Positions 1 through 9,614 of a DNA stretch of 64,000 nt are shown here, in pieces. The notes below the pieces were generated by a model. It was not told the origin of the DNA, did no database searches, and worked only from the letters and a program-made list of their open reading frames with translations. How positions within the stretch are numbered: the first letter of the stretch is position 1; each line of letters starts with the position of its first letter. The stretch is from Vulcanimicrobiota bacterium (GTDB lineage Bacteria; Vulcanimicrobiota; Vulcanimicrobiia; Vulcanimicrobiales; Vulcanimicrobiaceae): contig CAWETW010000003.1 of assembly GCA_963812155.1 (NCBI GenBank), positions 928,001 through 992,000 of the forward strand, in the 5' to 3' direction. A program made the position numbers and the translations under genes.

Positions 1-278
1 TGTTCCGTTACATGGACGACAAGTGGCTCTTCACGCGGAGCTACATGGAAGAGGCGGCGGCCGCAACGAACTTCTCGTCGCTGCGCATCGTTCCCCACGC
101 CCGCGACGGACACTTCATGCACAACTACGTCGTGCAGTTGCTGCGGCTCGGAATCAATGGGGATTCGAGCGCGCTTCCCGGATGGGCGTGGGAGACGATT
201 CAAACGTTCGACGGCGCATTCTCGCCCGAAATGAAAGCCGAGTTGTCGTTCGAGAACACGGTCGTCTTGCAAAAGTAA
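1..278 (+). CDS. 3' end of a CDS truncated by the window edge; product uncertain (possibly a methyltransferase C-terminus)
   Basis: Open frame from the window start to TAA at 276-278 with a protein-like sequence (DDKWLFTRSY...ENTVVLQK); no diagnostic motif visible. Confidence 0.4.
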   Translation, partial: FRYMDDKWLFTRSYMEEAAAATNFSSLRIVPHARDGHFMHNYVVQLLRLGINGDSSALPGWAWETIQTFDGAFSPEMKAELSFENTVVLQK

Positions 279-282
279 TGCG

Positions 283-852
283 TTAGCGACCGCCGGCGGC
301 GCGTTCCACCATAGTTACCGCAGAATTCATGCGTTCGCCACCACCGCTGCGAACCGCCATGCGCATCCACGCAAGGCCATCGATTTGCTGCACCGCGCTA
401 CGAATCATCCATTGGTCGCGTTCGCTGCCGTGCAACAGCGGGTAGATACCCGCCGCCTGACGCAGCGTTTCGGCGAAGTAGCCGGCGTCGAACCAAGCCG
501 CTGGACTTTCCGTGCCGGCAGCTTGAGCGTTTACGACGCGAGCCATCAGCGCGATCGTCAAGGAATCTGCGAGGGCGGACCCGCGTGCCGAATAAATGGC
601 GGCGCGACGCAGCGTTTCCATGCGCACGTCGAGCGGAGCGCTGGGTGCGAGCAGCGCGAGTGTGTCGCGCTGAAGTTGCGCCACGTCGTATGACGCGAGG
701 ACACCGTTCCAGCTTTGCGTGGCGGCCCAGGGCAGCGACGCCTGAGAACCGATCGGAATGGTATGGCAGATGAGCGGCGGTCCGGCCCAAGCCGGCGACG
801 CGGCGAGCGCGCTCAGGAAACCGAACGTAGCGATGAGGCGTGTGAGACGCAT
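283..852 (-). CDS. Secreted hypothetical protein (189 aa)
   Basis: Sec signal peptide (MRLTRLIATFGFLSALAASPAWA); AAAGGAGA RBS upstream on the minus strand. Confidence 0.8.
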   Translation of the reverse strand: MRLTRLIATFGFLSALAASPAWAGPPLICHTIPIGSQASLPWAATQSWNGVLASYDVAQLQRDTLALLAPSAPLDVRMETLRRAAIYSARGSALADSLTIALMARVVNAQAAGTESPAAWFDAGYFAETLRQAAGIYPLLHGSERDQWMIRSAVQQIDGLAWMRMAVRSGGGERMNSAVTMVERAAGGR

Positions 853-948
853 GTGCCGTCTCCTTTCTGCTATAATCCTGGCACGATGGAGCGCGTAAAA
901 CGAGTAACGGCCGGCGTTTGCCGGCGTAACTTACGGTAAAATCGCCGC

Positions 949-1809
949 ATGGAAGAGCCGGCAGACGCCGCCATCCGCGCTCACGTCGAGCGGATCACGT
1001 CGAGCGAACTCTTCGCGGCCGCCGAGCGGCTCTGCCGTTTCCTGCGCTTCACCGTAGAATGTACGCTGACCGGCCGCACCCACGAAGTGAAGGAGTACGT
1101 CGTGGGCCGGGAAGTCTTCGATCGCGGCGACGGCTACGATCCTCGCGTCGATCCAATCGTGCGCGTAGAGGCGCGGCGTCTGCGTTCGCGGCTGGCCGAA
1201 TACTACGGCGGACCGGGGCGCAGCGAGACGATGCGAATCGAATACCCGAAGGGCGGATACGTGCCGCTGATTCGCATTGCCGAACCGTCTGTGGGAACGG
1301 CCGCTCGCAGGTCACAGCGTTGGTTGATCGCGATCGCCGCTGCGGCGGCCGTGGTTATCGCCGCTTTTGTCGCGAGTCGCAAGCCGCCGGACGTCGTCGT
1401 CGCGCCGATTCCGACGACCTGGATCGAGCCGAACGACGGCACGCTCGAAACCGTCGACGTGGCGCTGGCCGAGAATCTCGATGCCGAGCTTGCAAATCAG
1501 CGCGGGACGCGCGTCGTCGCGTGGCCGGAGATCGTGCGCAGCAAGGGATTGCGGCTCATGGCGCTGCGCGATTTCGCCTCCGGATTGGCGGCGAACCGGC
1601 TCTTGCTGATCATCGTACGCGACCAAGGGAACACCAAGCTCGTTCGGGTTTTCGCCGTCGACGAGCCGTCCGGCCGGAAGCGCTTGGCGTTGACCTATGC
1701 CACGCCTGCGCTCGCGACGTTCGCGCAGCAGTCCGCGCTGGCCGCTCGCATCGCCATCGATCTCGGTCTGCAGAAGGCGGGCTCGGCCGATCCGGAGCGG
1801 CCCGACTAA
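949..1809 (+). CDS. Single-pass membrane regulator: N-terminal putative DNA-binding domain, one TM helix, extracytoplasmic TolB-N-like domain
   Basis: N-terminal motif RFLRF..E.....KEY.VG.EVFDR...YDPRVDPIVRVEARRLRSRLAEYY; hydrophobic helix WLIAIAAAAAVVIAAFVA. Confidence 0.75.
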   Translation: MEEPADAAIRAHVERITSSELFAAAERLCRFLRFTVECTLTGRTHEVKEYVVGREVFDRGDGYDPRVDPIVRVEARRLRSRLAEYYGGPGRSETMRIEYPKGGYVPLIRIAEPSVGTAARRSQRWLIAIAAAAAVVIAAFVASRKPPDVVVAPIPTTWIEPNDGTLETVDVALAENLDAELANQRGTRVVAWPEIVRSKGLRLMALRDFASGLAANRLLLIIVRDQGNTKLVRVFAVDEPSGRKRLALTYATPALATFAQQSALAARIAIDLGLQKAGSADPERPD

Positions 1810-3234
1810 TGCGCGGCCTGCTTGTATGGCTCTTACTCGCATTGGCTGCGATGGCGCGCGCTGCAATGGCCGCGGATCCCGATGACGCGTTCTTCGTTCG
1901 CGCGGGCAACGAGGCGATTTCCACCCGAGCGACGCCGGGCCTCGCGCTATCGGTCGTGCGTCACGGAACCATCGCGTTTGAAGGCGGATTCGGGTCCTCC
2001 GACACCGCCACGAATGCCGCGGTAACGGCAAGGACGCGCTTTGCGATCGGCTCGTTGACCAAGCAACTCACTGCTGCGGCTATCGAACTGCTTGCCCGCG
2101 ACGGCAAGCTGTCGCTCGACGACCGGCTCGCGACATTCGTACCATCGCTTCCGAACGCACAAGCCATCACCGTACGGATGCTGCTGCTGCAAAACAGCGG
2201 ACTGCACAACTACCCCGATACGCGCGAGCACGATTGGCCGATGCGCGGTCCGGTGGCGACTTCGTCGATTATCGCGACGCTAGCAACCGATAAACCCGAC
2301 TTCGCGCCGGGCACGCAATGGGAGTACAGCAACGCGAACTACGCAGCGCTGGCAGCCGTCGCCGAAAGCGCCGGAGCTCTGCCCTTCGGTGAACTGCTCC
2401 AACGGCGCATCTTCACACCGCTGCGCATGCAGCAAAGCGGTTACGGATATGCCGCGCAAATTTCGAGCTCGGTTGCGACGGGTTACCGGAACGGCGTCGT
2501 GGAGGAGCCGCTGGTTAGTCTCGATCTTTTCAGCGGCGCCGGCGGAGCGGTATCGACGGCGCACGACCTCGCGCTCTGGGACGAAGCGCTGCTGGCCGGC
2601 ACGCTGCTGTCGAAATCGTACCTCGACGACGTCTGGCGCGACGGCGTTCCGACCGGCCAAGGTGACGGCCGGTACGCAATGGGATGGTCGTTGACACATC
2701 TCGGGGGTCATCGCGAACTGTGGCACAACGGGCTGGCGCCGGGCGCCGGCGGCTACTGCTTCAATGCCGTGTTCCCCGACGACGCGCTGGCGATTGCCGT
2801 GCTCACCAACGGATTCGGCGCGGAAGGTCTGCCGGAGCGGATGACGCGCCAAATCGCCGCGGCGTACGGAATCGGCTCTCCGCCGCCGGCGCCGGCCGCG
2901 CCCTCCGCTACGCCGTCCGCCGCGCCGAACGATAACGCCGCTGCGGATGCGCTCGCGCGCGCGTTCTGGGACGGCCTGGCATCGGGCACGATCGATCGCA
3001 GTAAACTCACGCCGGAGTTTTCAACCGCACTGACGCCGGTCGCTGTTGGGCCAGGTAAAACAGGGCATTGCCTTGTTCGGCACGCTGCAATCTTTTACGT
3101 TCGTGGGAACGACCGCCGGGCAAGGTGGAACGATCTACCGCTATTCGCTCGTTTTCGCTGGCGGCGCCGTGCACGAGTGGGACGTCGCATTCACGACGGA
3201 CATGAAGATTGCGGGATCGCGGCTGGTGTCGTAG
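1809..3234 (+). CDS. Serine hydrolase, beta-lactamase/AmpC-related family, secreted; one frameshift near 3040
   Basis: ATG overlaps the upstream TAA; signal peptide; SxxK (GSLTK), YxN (YSN) and HxG (WHNG) motifs; C-terminus continues in ORF 3046..3234. Confidence 0.85.
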
Positions 3235-3249
3235 CGACGATCGCGCCGG

Positions 3250-3828
3250 TCACTTCTTGGAGATGCGGCGTTCGATGCGCCGGTCGGGAATAAGCCAAAG
3301 CGCGGCGACCGCGACGTAGAGCGCGTCGGAAATCCAGTGATTGACGAACGCGAGCGCGATGGCGACGGCGTAGAGCAGCAGCGAGATCCGGCCTTTGAGG
3401 TCGCTCCCGACGGCTTGCGCCAGGAGTGATTCCGAGCCGTTGGCGGCGATGAGCGCCCCCTGCAGTATCGAGTAGGCGATTGCTGCGAAAATCAGGACGC
3501 AGCCGTAGACCGCGGTAGGAATTGCGGCAAAGTGATTCTCGCCCATCCAGGCGGTCGTAAACGGAATCAGCGAAAGCCAGAAGAGCAGATGCAGATTCGA
3601 CCACAGCACCCGGCCGTCGACGCGCTCGGCCGCGTAGAGCATGTGATGGTGGTTGTTCCAGTAAATGCCGAGATACACGAAGCTCAACACGTAAACGAGG
3701 AAGACGGGCAGCGTGGCGCGCAGCGCGGCGAGATCGCTTCCATGCGGAGCCTTCATCTCCAGCACCATGATCGTGATGATCACGGCGATGACGCCGTCGC
3801 TGAACGCCTCCATGCGCCCCTTACTCAC
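3250..3828 (-). CDS. TMEM175/DUF1211 family potassium channel
   Basis: Signature RMEAFSDGVIAVIITIM, W.NHH and NL..LFW.SLIPFTT motifs; about 6 TM helices. Confidence 0.9.
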   Translation of the reverse strand: MSKGRMEAFSDGVIAVIITIMVLEMKAPHGSDLAALRATLPVFLVYVLSFVYLGIYWNNHHHMLYAAERVDGRVLWSNLHLLFWLSLIPFTTAWMGENHFAAIPTAVYGCVLIFAAIAYSILQGALIAANGSESLLAQAVGSDLKGRISLLLYAVAIALAFVNHWISDALYVAVAALWLIPDRRIERRISKK

Positions 3829-3916
3829 GCCGCAGCCTTTGCGGGCGGTGCGAAACCGCCCCTGCCCATCGCATGCGATGGGAGCGTTTTCGCTACACGC
3901 AGCGAACTGCGCCGCG

Positions 3917-4393
3917 ATGAAATGCTACTTCCTACGGCACGGGTTAGCGGCCGACCCCGCGCGATGGGAAGGCCGGGATGCCGACCGGCCGCTGACGCGC
4001 GAGGGTAAAGATCGCATGGCGCGCGAGGCGAAATCCATTGCCGCGCTGTCCCTGAAACTCGACGCAATCGTGAGCAGTCCACTGCTGCGCGCTCAGCAGA
4101 CGGCAGAAATCGTTGCGGCGCAACTCGGGATGCCCGTGCAGACCGATCCGCGCCTCGGCATCGGCTTCGACATCCGCGCGCTTGGCGAGATTCTTGCCGA
4201 ACGCCGGAGCTGCGACGCCGTCATGTTGGTAGGGCACGAACCGGGAATGAGCATGACGATCGGCGCCGCGTCGGGCGGGAGCCGCGTCGTGCTAAAGAAG
4301 GGCGGCCTTGCGTGTCTGGAGTTCGCCGACGTGGAAGGTTGCCACGGCGAATTGCTGTGGCTCGTGCCGCCGAAGATTCTCGCCGGTTCCTAA
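3917..4393 (+). CDS. sixA: Phosphohistidine phosphatase SixA family
   Basis: MKCYFLRHG, DADRPLT, SSPLLRAQQTA and LVGHEP motifs. Confidence 0.88.
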   Translation: MKCYFLRHGLAADPARWEGRDADRPLTREGKDRMAREAKSIAALSLKLDAIVSSPLLRAQQTAEIVAAQLGMPVQTDPRLGIGFDIRALGEILAERRSCDAVMLVGHEPGMSMTIGAASGGSRVVLKKGGLACLEFADVEGCHGELLWLVPPKILAGS

Positions 4394-5394
4394 GGACGCA
4401 GCGACGAGGCGTCCGCTGCCGCGAGCTCTTTCAGACGGGTCTGCGGACGCGCGCCGAAGTGGCTGATGGCTTCGGCGGCGGCGAGACTTCCGAGCTGCCC
4501 GCACTCACGCAATCCCGCACCGTGTGTGAGCCCATAGAGGAAGCCCGCGGCGTAAAGATCGCCGGCGCCGGTCGTGTCGACGACCGGACCGACACGCACG
4601 GCGCGAGTTTCGATCACGTCGTCGCGGGCGATCACGAGTGAGCCGTCGGCGCCGAGCGTCAGCGCGGCAAGGTTGGTGAGTGCCCGCAAGCCCGTAACGA
4701 CGTCGTCGAGATCGTCGGTTTGCAGCAATGCCGACGCCTCCGCGAAATTGGCGAAGAGGACGTCGACGTGGCGCTCGACGAGCGTCAGGAACGCTTCGCG
4801 ATGGCGGTTGACGCAGAACGGGTCGGAAAGACTCAGCGCGATCCGGCGGCGCGCGGCGTGGGCGAGGCCGGCAGCGACGTGAAACGCGCGCTTGGCCGAC
4901 GCTGCATCGTAGAGGTATCCTTCTAAGTACGTGATCTCTGCCGCGCTGACGAGATCGGCGTCGACGTCTTCGGCGGCGAGCTGTGCCGAGGCGCCGAGAA
5001 ATGTGTTCATCGTCCGCTGAGAGTCGGGCGTCACCAGGACGAGACAGCGCGCGGTCGCCGGCCCGCTCGACGCCGGCGGCGTCGTGAAGCGCGCGCCGGC
5101 TGCCGTGATGTCGTGACGGAACGCCGTCCCTAGCGCATCATCGCGGACTTTGCCAATGAAGCCCGTTCGCCCGCCAAAGGAAGCAATGCCTGCGATCGTA
5201 TTGGCTGCCGATCCGCCCGAACTGATGACGGCGGCGTTCATACCGGCGTAGATCGCCTCAGCGCGCTCCTCGTCGATCAGTGCCATCGCGCCCTTATGCA
5301 TGCCGTGCGCGATCAGAAACTCGTCGCTTTCCGAGGCGATGACGTCGACGATGGCGTTCCCGATGCCGACGACGTCGAGCGAGGCCTTTCCCAT
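4390..5394 (-). CDS. PfkB-family carbohydrate/adenosine kinase
   Basis: GIGNAIVD, GGSAANT and DTTGAGDLYAAGFL signatures. Confidence 0.9.
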   Translation of the reverse strand: MGKASLDVVGIGNAIVDVIASESDEFLIAHGMHKGAMALIDEERAEAIYAGMNAAVISSGGSAANTIAGIASFGGRTGFIGKVRDDALGTAFRHDITAAGARFTTPPASSGPATARCLVLVTPDSQRTMNTFLGASAQLAAEDVDADLVSAAEITYLEGYLYDAASAKRAFHVAAGLAHAARRRIALSLSDPFCVNRHREAFLTLVERHVDVLFANFAEASALLQTDDLDDVVTGLRALTNLAALTLGADGSLVIARDDVIETRAVRVGPVVDTTGAGDLYAAGFLYGLTHGAGLRECGQLGSLAAAEAISHFGARPQTRLKELAAADASSLRP

Positions 5395-5531
5395 GCGGCC
5401 CCGGTTTCCGAATCTTCCGCCCTTCTCCCCGTGGGCGCGCCACCGAACGAAGGCTGGAGGGGAGGGGGTGTGCGCTCGAGCGAACGGTCATCTTCAGGGT
5501 TGCCGCCGCGTGGCGGCAGAAGGAGCCAGCG

Positions 5532-5993
5532 ATGAAGGTTCGCCTTTTACGCTTTTCGGTGACGGCGCTTACAGCCGTCGCCCTCTTCACGTTCTCGTCG
5601 ACGCTTGCCGCGCGCGCCGAAGGTACGGCGCGCATTCAACAGGCCGACGGAACGGTGAACGTCTATCAAGACGTCAAGATTCAAATCGTTCACAATACGC
5701 TGGCGATGACGACGGCGGACGGAAAGGGCACGCTGATGATTTATCGTGCCGCTTGCGCGTACCAAGGTGACATCTACGTCTGCCTGCCGACCGGTGCGAC
5801 GCTCGTCCAGGGCGGATCGGTGAATCCGATCAATATCGTCCGCGGTACGGTGTACGCAAACTTGACCGACGAAATGCATCAGCTTTCGCTCTCCACCATG
5901 CAGATGGCCGCGCACAGCATCATGATGGCGATAAAGACAAAGCGCGGGACCTATGTGACCCTGAGCGGTACGATCGACAAGGTGAAGAAATGA
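5532..5993 (+). CDS. Secreted hypothetical protein (153 aa, two Cys)
   Basis: AAGGAG RBS; signal peptide ending ARA; stop overlaps the next ATG (ATGA). Confidence 0.8.
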   Translation: MKVRLLRFSVTALTAVALFTFSSTLAARAEGTARIQQADGTVNVYQDVKIQIVHNTLAMTTADGKGTLMIYRAACAYQGDIYVCLPTGATLVQGGSVNPINIVRGTVYANLTDEMHQLSLSTMQMAAHSIMMAIKTKRGTYVTLSGTIDKVKK

Positions 5994-6907
5994 AACATGT
6001 AGCGGCTCTTCTCGCTCTCGTAATGCTTTTGGCGCCGATCTCCGCCTCCGCCGGACGCGGCGGGGGTGGAGGGCGAGGCGGTGGCGGTGGTGGCGGCGGC
6101 GGACGCGGCGGCGGCGGTGGCGGCGGCGGGCGATCGGCTCCGGCCGCGCGGTCGGCCCCGCAGCGGTCCGCCGGCGGCGGCGGTGGATTCAACATGAGCA
6201 ACGACGTTCGTTCGCGTCCTCCGCAGGCTTCGCAGCGTCCCGCGCAGCCGGCGCAGCGACCCGGTAACAGCAACGTTCAGCGGCCGAACAACGGCAACGC
6301 GAATAACGGTAACCGTGGCAACAACAACGTCAACGGTAACCGCGGCAACAACAACGGCAACGGTAACCGTGGCAACAACAACGGCAACGGTAACCGCGGC
6401 AACAATAACGGCGGCAACCGCAACAATAACAATAGCGGCGGGAATCGCAACAACGGGAACAACAACGGCAACCGCACGAACGTCAACACCGGTAATCGCA
6501 ACAACGTCAACGTCAGCGGAAACACCGTAAACCGCAACGTCGTCGCTAACCCCGTGTATGGCGGCGGCGGAGCCTGGGGATGGAACCATGGCGCCGTGTG
6601 GGCCCCGGCGGGAGCGTACTGGGGCGGCGGATTCTGGGGTGCGCTCGCGATCGGAGCAACTTCGGCTGCGATCTACGGATCGATCGTTTCGAACGGCACA
6701 ACGTACAACTCATATCACGTTGAGCCCAACACTCCGGGCTCGACGTTCCTTTCAAGCTATCAGCTCGTGCAGGTAGAGTGCGGAGGGTCCGGCTTAGTCG
6801 TCGTGTACGGGCCGTCAAACAGCGTCATCTGTGCGAATCCGAACAACAACGTTTCCGCCGGGAGCTACCAGCTCAACACGGAGACGCTCGCGCTTAGTCC
6901 AATGTAG
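5990..6907 (+). CDS. Secreted Gly/Arg- and Asn/Gly-rich low-complexity protein with a small C-terminal domain
   Basis: Signal peptide (…APISASA); poly-Gly/RGG block; NGNRGNNN repeats; W/G-rich segment; two C-terminal Cys. Confidence 0.8.
   Translation: MKHVAALLALVMLLAPISASAGRGGGGGRGGGGGGGGGRGGGGGGGGRSAPAARSAPQRSAGGGGGFNMSNDVRSRPPQASQRPAQPAQRPGNSNVQRPNNGNANNGNRGNNNVNGNRGNNNGNGNRGNNNGNGNRGNNNGGNRNNNNSGGNRNNGNNNGNRTNVNTGNRNNVNVSGNTVNRNVVANPVYGGGGAWGWNHGAVWAPAGAYWGGGFWGALAIGATSAAIYGSIVSNGTTYNSYHVEPNTPGSTFLSSYQLVQVECGGSGLVVVYGPSNSVICANPNNNVSAGSYQLNTETLALSPM
6305..6412 (+). repeat. Four 27-nt in-frame tandem repeats encoding NGNRGNNN(V/G)
   Basis: Unit AACGGTAACCGYGGCAACAAYAACGKC starting at 6305, 6332, 6359 and 6386. 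Confidence 0.9.
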
Positions 6908-6924
6908 CGTCAGCACGGCGCCGG

Positions 6925-8694
6925 TTAGTACGCCGGCGCCGTGTCGGTCGACATGTCGTTAAGATGCCAGCGCGCGTCGTCGAACAGCGTGCGCTGCGTC
7001 ACGTTCGCGGCTAGAGAGCGGAACGTCGGATCCGAGCGATTCCAATACGCGATCAGCGAACCGGCGTATTCGTACTCCTTGACGATGTCGGAGTGCTCGA
7101 CGCCGGCGGCGTCGGTTCCCAACAAGCAGCGCACGCGCCGCTCGAGCAGGAACTTCAGCGTCGCATTTCCGAGAATCGGCCCGACGCTCAAATCGTCGTT
7201 GGGATTCGAAACCAGCATGCGCAGAAGGTCGTTGAGTTCGAAGTTCGTTCCCTCGGTGCGCAGCAGCGGCGAAATGACACTCATCACGGCGGCCTGGCCG
7301 AGCGGCATGCGCGAGATCGGGTAGGCGCCGGTGGCCACGTTGCTCTCGAGACTCACATCGGCTTCGACGCCCTCGTCATGCATGGCGACGGCCTGCGCGT
7401 CGTTCGCCCACGTGTCGTGTGCGAGGCGAAAGACGACATAGTTCGCGGCATCGGGATGATTGCGTTCGAAGGCTGCAATCGCGGTGAGGAGCGTTGAGAT
7501 GTTGGTCGCCGCCTGGCCGGAATTCGTGAGCGTCGCCGGCAGCGAGGAGAATGCGTTGCCGAAGCTCCACGGCTGAACCGGGGGCGCCGGCGCGTAGTTG
7601 ATCGTTCCGCCTTCCCCGACGTGGGTGTGCACGAGCAGTTTACCGTGCCAACCCTCCGAGCGTCGCACTTTCGCCGCATCGTAGACCGCTTGCACGAGCT
7701 GCTCGTAATACGCCATGCCGTCGGGCGTGAAACAGGTCGTTTCCGGCCCGGCGGTGTCGATGCCGGCGACGCTTTGGAAGAAGGCTTGCCGGCGATCGGC
7801 ATCGACGACGCTGTTCCCGTTGTCGTCTAGTCCGAGCAGTGCATGGTAGATTGTAGACGGTGACGTTTGCAGCGCTGCCGGAAGGGGGACGGGCGCGCAC
7901 GCGCCGGTTTTCGACCACTCGCTATACTCTGATCCGCCCGGAAGCGTCGCGAGCTGCGACGTGTGCGTCATCAGAACGAAGGTCACGACCGGCATCGATT
8001 TTCCCATCGCGCGCAGTCCGGCAGCGACGTGCGGATCGCTCCCGGCGTTCATCGCACACAGGATCGTGTTCAACTTCGTGGAGCGGCCGTCCGCGAACCC
8101 CCATCCGCCGATGAACGGAAGCGACTGCTCCGAAACGTCGATGTTCGTGGCAGCGAGATCCAGGATTGTGGCGTGGCAGAGATCGGTCTCGAGTTCGTCG
8201 TCGTTGCCGGAATAGAAGCGCTCCTTCAAATAGTCGTACGCCGGGCCGCCGCGAAACGCGTAGGCGCTGTCGAACTCGGTCCAGGGTGTGGCGGTGAGGA
8301 TGCGTTCGAGCGCTCCGTCGAGTGCGATGACGCTGCCGACTACCTCATCGCGATAGACGACGAGAGCGGCGCGCGCTCCGAGCGAGTAGCGCTGCCCGTC
8401 GGCGGGCGAAAAAAGACGGTTGCCCAACTCGCTGCGATGCTGCGGATACCACACGCCGGCGATGTACTTGTAGAGCGCCAGCCGGTCGTCGTACCCGACC
8501 GCTGTGGACGATTGGGACATGCGAGCGATGAACGCGGGCAAATCCGCATAGGCGTAGTACGGCAAGATCCCCGTGAAGTGATTGTGCGCGTCGAAGTAGG
8601 TTTCCGTCTGCGCGTGCGTCGCACCGGCCGTGCAGGCAAAGGCAATCGTCGCAGCGGCAAGCGCTGCAAGGTGCTTGAGGATGCGGCGTTTCAT
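6925..8694 (-). CDS. Secreted metal-dependent amidohydrolase, adenosine/AMP deaminase-like
   Basis: Signal peptide MKRRILKHLAALAAATIAFACTAGATHA; DAHNH, HTHVGE, RLAH, SN and GTD motifs in deaminase order. Confidence 0.7.
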   Translation of the reverse strand: MKRRILKHLAALAAATIAFACTAGATHAQTETYFDAHNHFTGILPYYAYADLPAFIARMSQSSTAVGYDDRLALYKYIAGVWYPQHRSELGNRLFSPADGQRYSLGARAALVVYRDEVVGSVIALDGALERILTATPWTEFDSAYAFRGGPAYDYLKERFYSGNDDELETDLCHATILDLAATNIDVSEQSLPFIGGWGFADGRSTKLNTILCAMNAGSDPHVAAGLRAMGKSMPVVTFVLMTHTSQLATLPGGSEYSEWSKTGACAPVPLPAALQTSPSTIYHALLGLDDNGNSVVDADRRQAFFQSVAGIDTAGPETTCFTPDGMAYYEQLVQAVYDAAKVRRSEGWHGKLLVHTHVGEGGTINYAPAPPVQPWSFGNAFSSLPATLTNSGQAATNISTLLTAIAAFERNHPDAANYVVFRLAHDTWANDAQAVAMHDEGVEADVSLESNVATGAYPISRMPLGQAAVMSVISPLLRTEGTNFELNDLLRMLVSNPNDDLSVGPILGNATLKFLLERRVRCLLGTDAAGVEHSDIVKEYEYAGSLIAYWNRSDPTFRSLAANVTQRTLFDDARWHLNDMSTDTAPAY

Positions 8695-8783
8695 CCGCGT
8701 GACTCGCGTAGGAACCAATCGAACGGCCTCGTGCGAAAGGGCGCGCCGTAGGAGTCGCGCTCGTCTTCCGTCAAGCAACTACC

Positions 8784-9605
8784 ATGCCCGACCCGTTGAA
8801 TCCCTCGCGCGTTACGCCGCCGGTCGAAGACGTCGTCGCCGACGTACCGGGCTGGCAGGCGATTAAGCCGCGAATTCCGGATACGCCGCAGCGGCGCACG
8901 CTCGAGAAACAGCGCAGCATTCGTGAAGTCGTTTTCGGCGTGCAGGACGGAATTCTCACGACGCTGGGCATCATCACCGGCGTCGGTGCCGCCGAGGGCG
9001 AACGCTCGGCGGTAATCATCAGCGGATCGCTCGCGCTTCTGGCCGGTGCGCTTTCGATGGGCGTCGGCGAATATCTCGGACGCAAAGCGGAGCGCGAGGT
9101 CGTCTCGGCCACCATCGACATGGAGAAGCGGGAGATGGCGGCCGATCCGCAGGCCGAGTTCGCGGAACAGGTCGCCTATTATAAAGTCAAAGGCTTCAGT
9201 GCGGACGAGGCGCAGATGATCGTGAAGCGCTTGACGCAGCACCCGGACATCTACCTCTACGAAATGGTACGCGACGAGTTCGGCATCGACCCGCGCGTCG
9301 CCGAAGACTCCGGGCTGCGCGGGCCGTTCGCGATGGGCATTTCGTATGCGATTGGAGCCCTCGTTCCGGTCGCCGCCTTTCTTCTGCCGCTTTCGATGCA
9401 CGTCGCAATTGCCGTGGCGCTTGCTTTTGCCATCGTCGGACTCTTCGCCGTCGGATTCTATGCTGGGACGTTGAGCGAGAAGAACCCGTTCGTCAAAGGT
9501 GCGGAGATCGTTGCATTCGGATGCTGCATCTTTGCGATCTCGTATTTGGCGGGGCACTTCATCCCGCCGCTCTTCGGGCACGCGCCGGTTTCGGTGGGAG
9601 GCTGA
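8784..9605 (+). CDS. VIT1/CCC1 family Fe/Mn transporter
   Basis: REVVFGVQDGIL, LAGALSMGVGEYL and GALVP motifs. Confidence 0.9.
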   Translation: MPDPLNPSRVTPPVEDVVADVPGWQAIKPRIPDTPQRRTLEKQRSIREVVFGVQDGILTTLGIITGVGAAEGERSAVIISGSLALLAGALSMGVGEYLGRKAEREVVSATIDMEKREMAADPQAEFAEQVAYYKVKGFSADEAQMIVKRLTQHPDIYLYEMVRDEFGIDPRVAEDSGLRGPFAMGISYAIGALVPVAAFLLPLSMHVAIAVALAFAIVGLFAVGFYAGTLSEKNPFVKGAEIVAFGCCIFAISYLAGHFIPPLFGHAPVSVGG

Positions 9606-9614
9606 CGCGGCGGC

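Noticed and set aside
886..939. 17-aa possible leader peptide MERVKRVTAGVCRRNLR
   Set aside because: No RBS, attenuator structure or biased codon run; the downstream gene has its own -10 box.
1059..1808. 250-aa Arg-rich N-terminal extension of the serine hydrolase ORF
   Set aside because: Alternate frame of the regulator gene; the real start is ATG 1809, which is followed by a signal peptide.
1809..3234. Bona fide beta-lactam resistance gene
   Set aside because: SxxK/YxN/HxG motifs are shared by many esterases and peptidases; the class C KTG motif is absent.
5421..5468. Imperfect inverted repeat CCTTCTCCCC...GGGGAGGGGG between divergent genes
   Set aside because: Single imperfect copy; cannot be told apart from chance or a degenerate REP without a genome-wide search.
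6305..6412. 27-nt repeats as a possible CRISPR array
   Set aside because: Contiguous with no spacers, in frame within a CDS, and no cas genes nearby.
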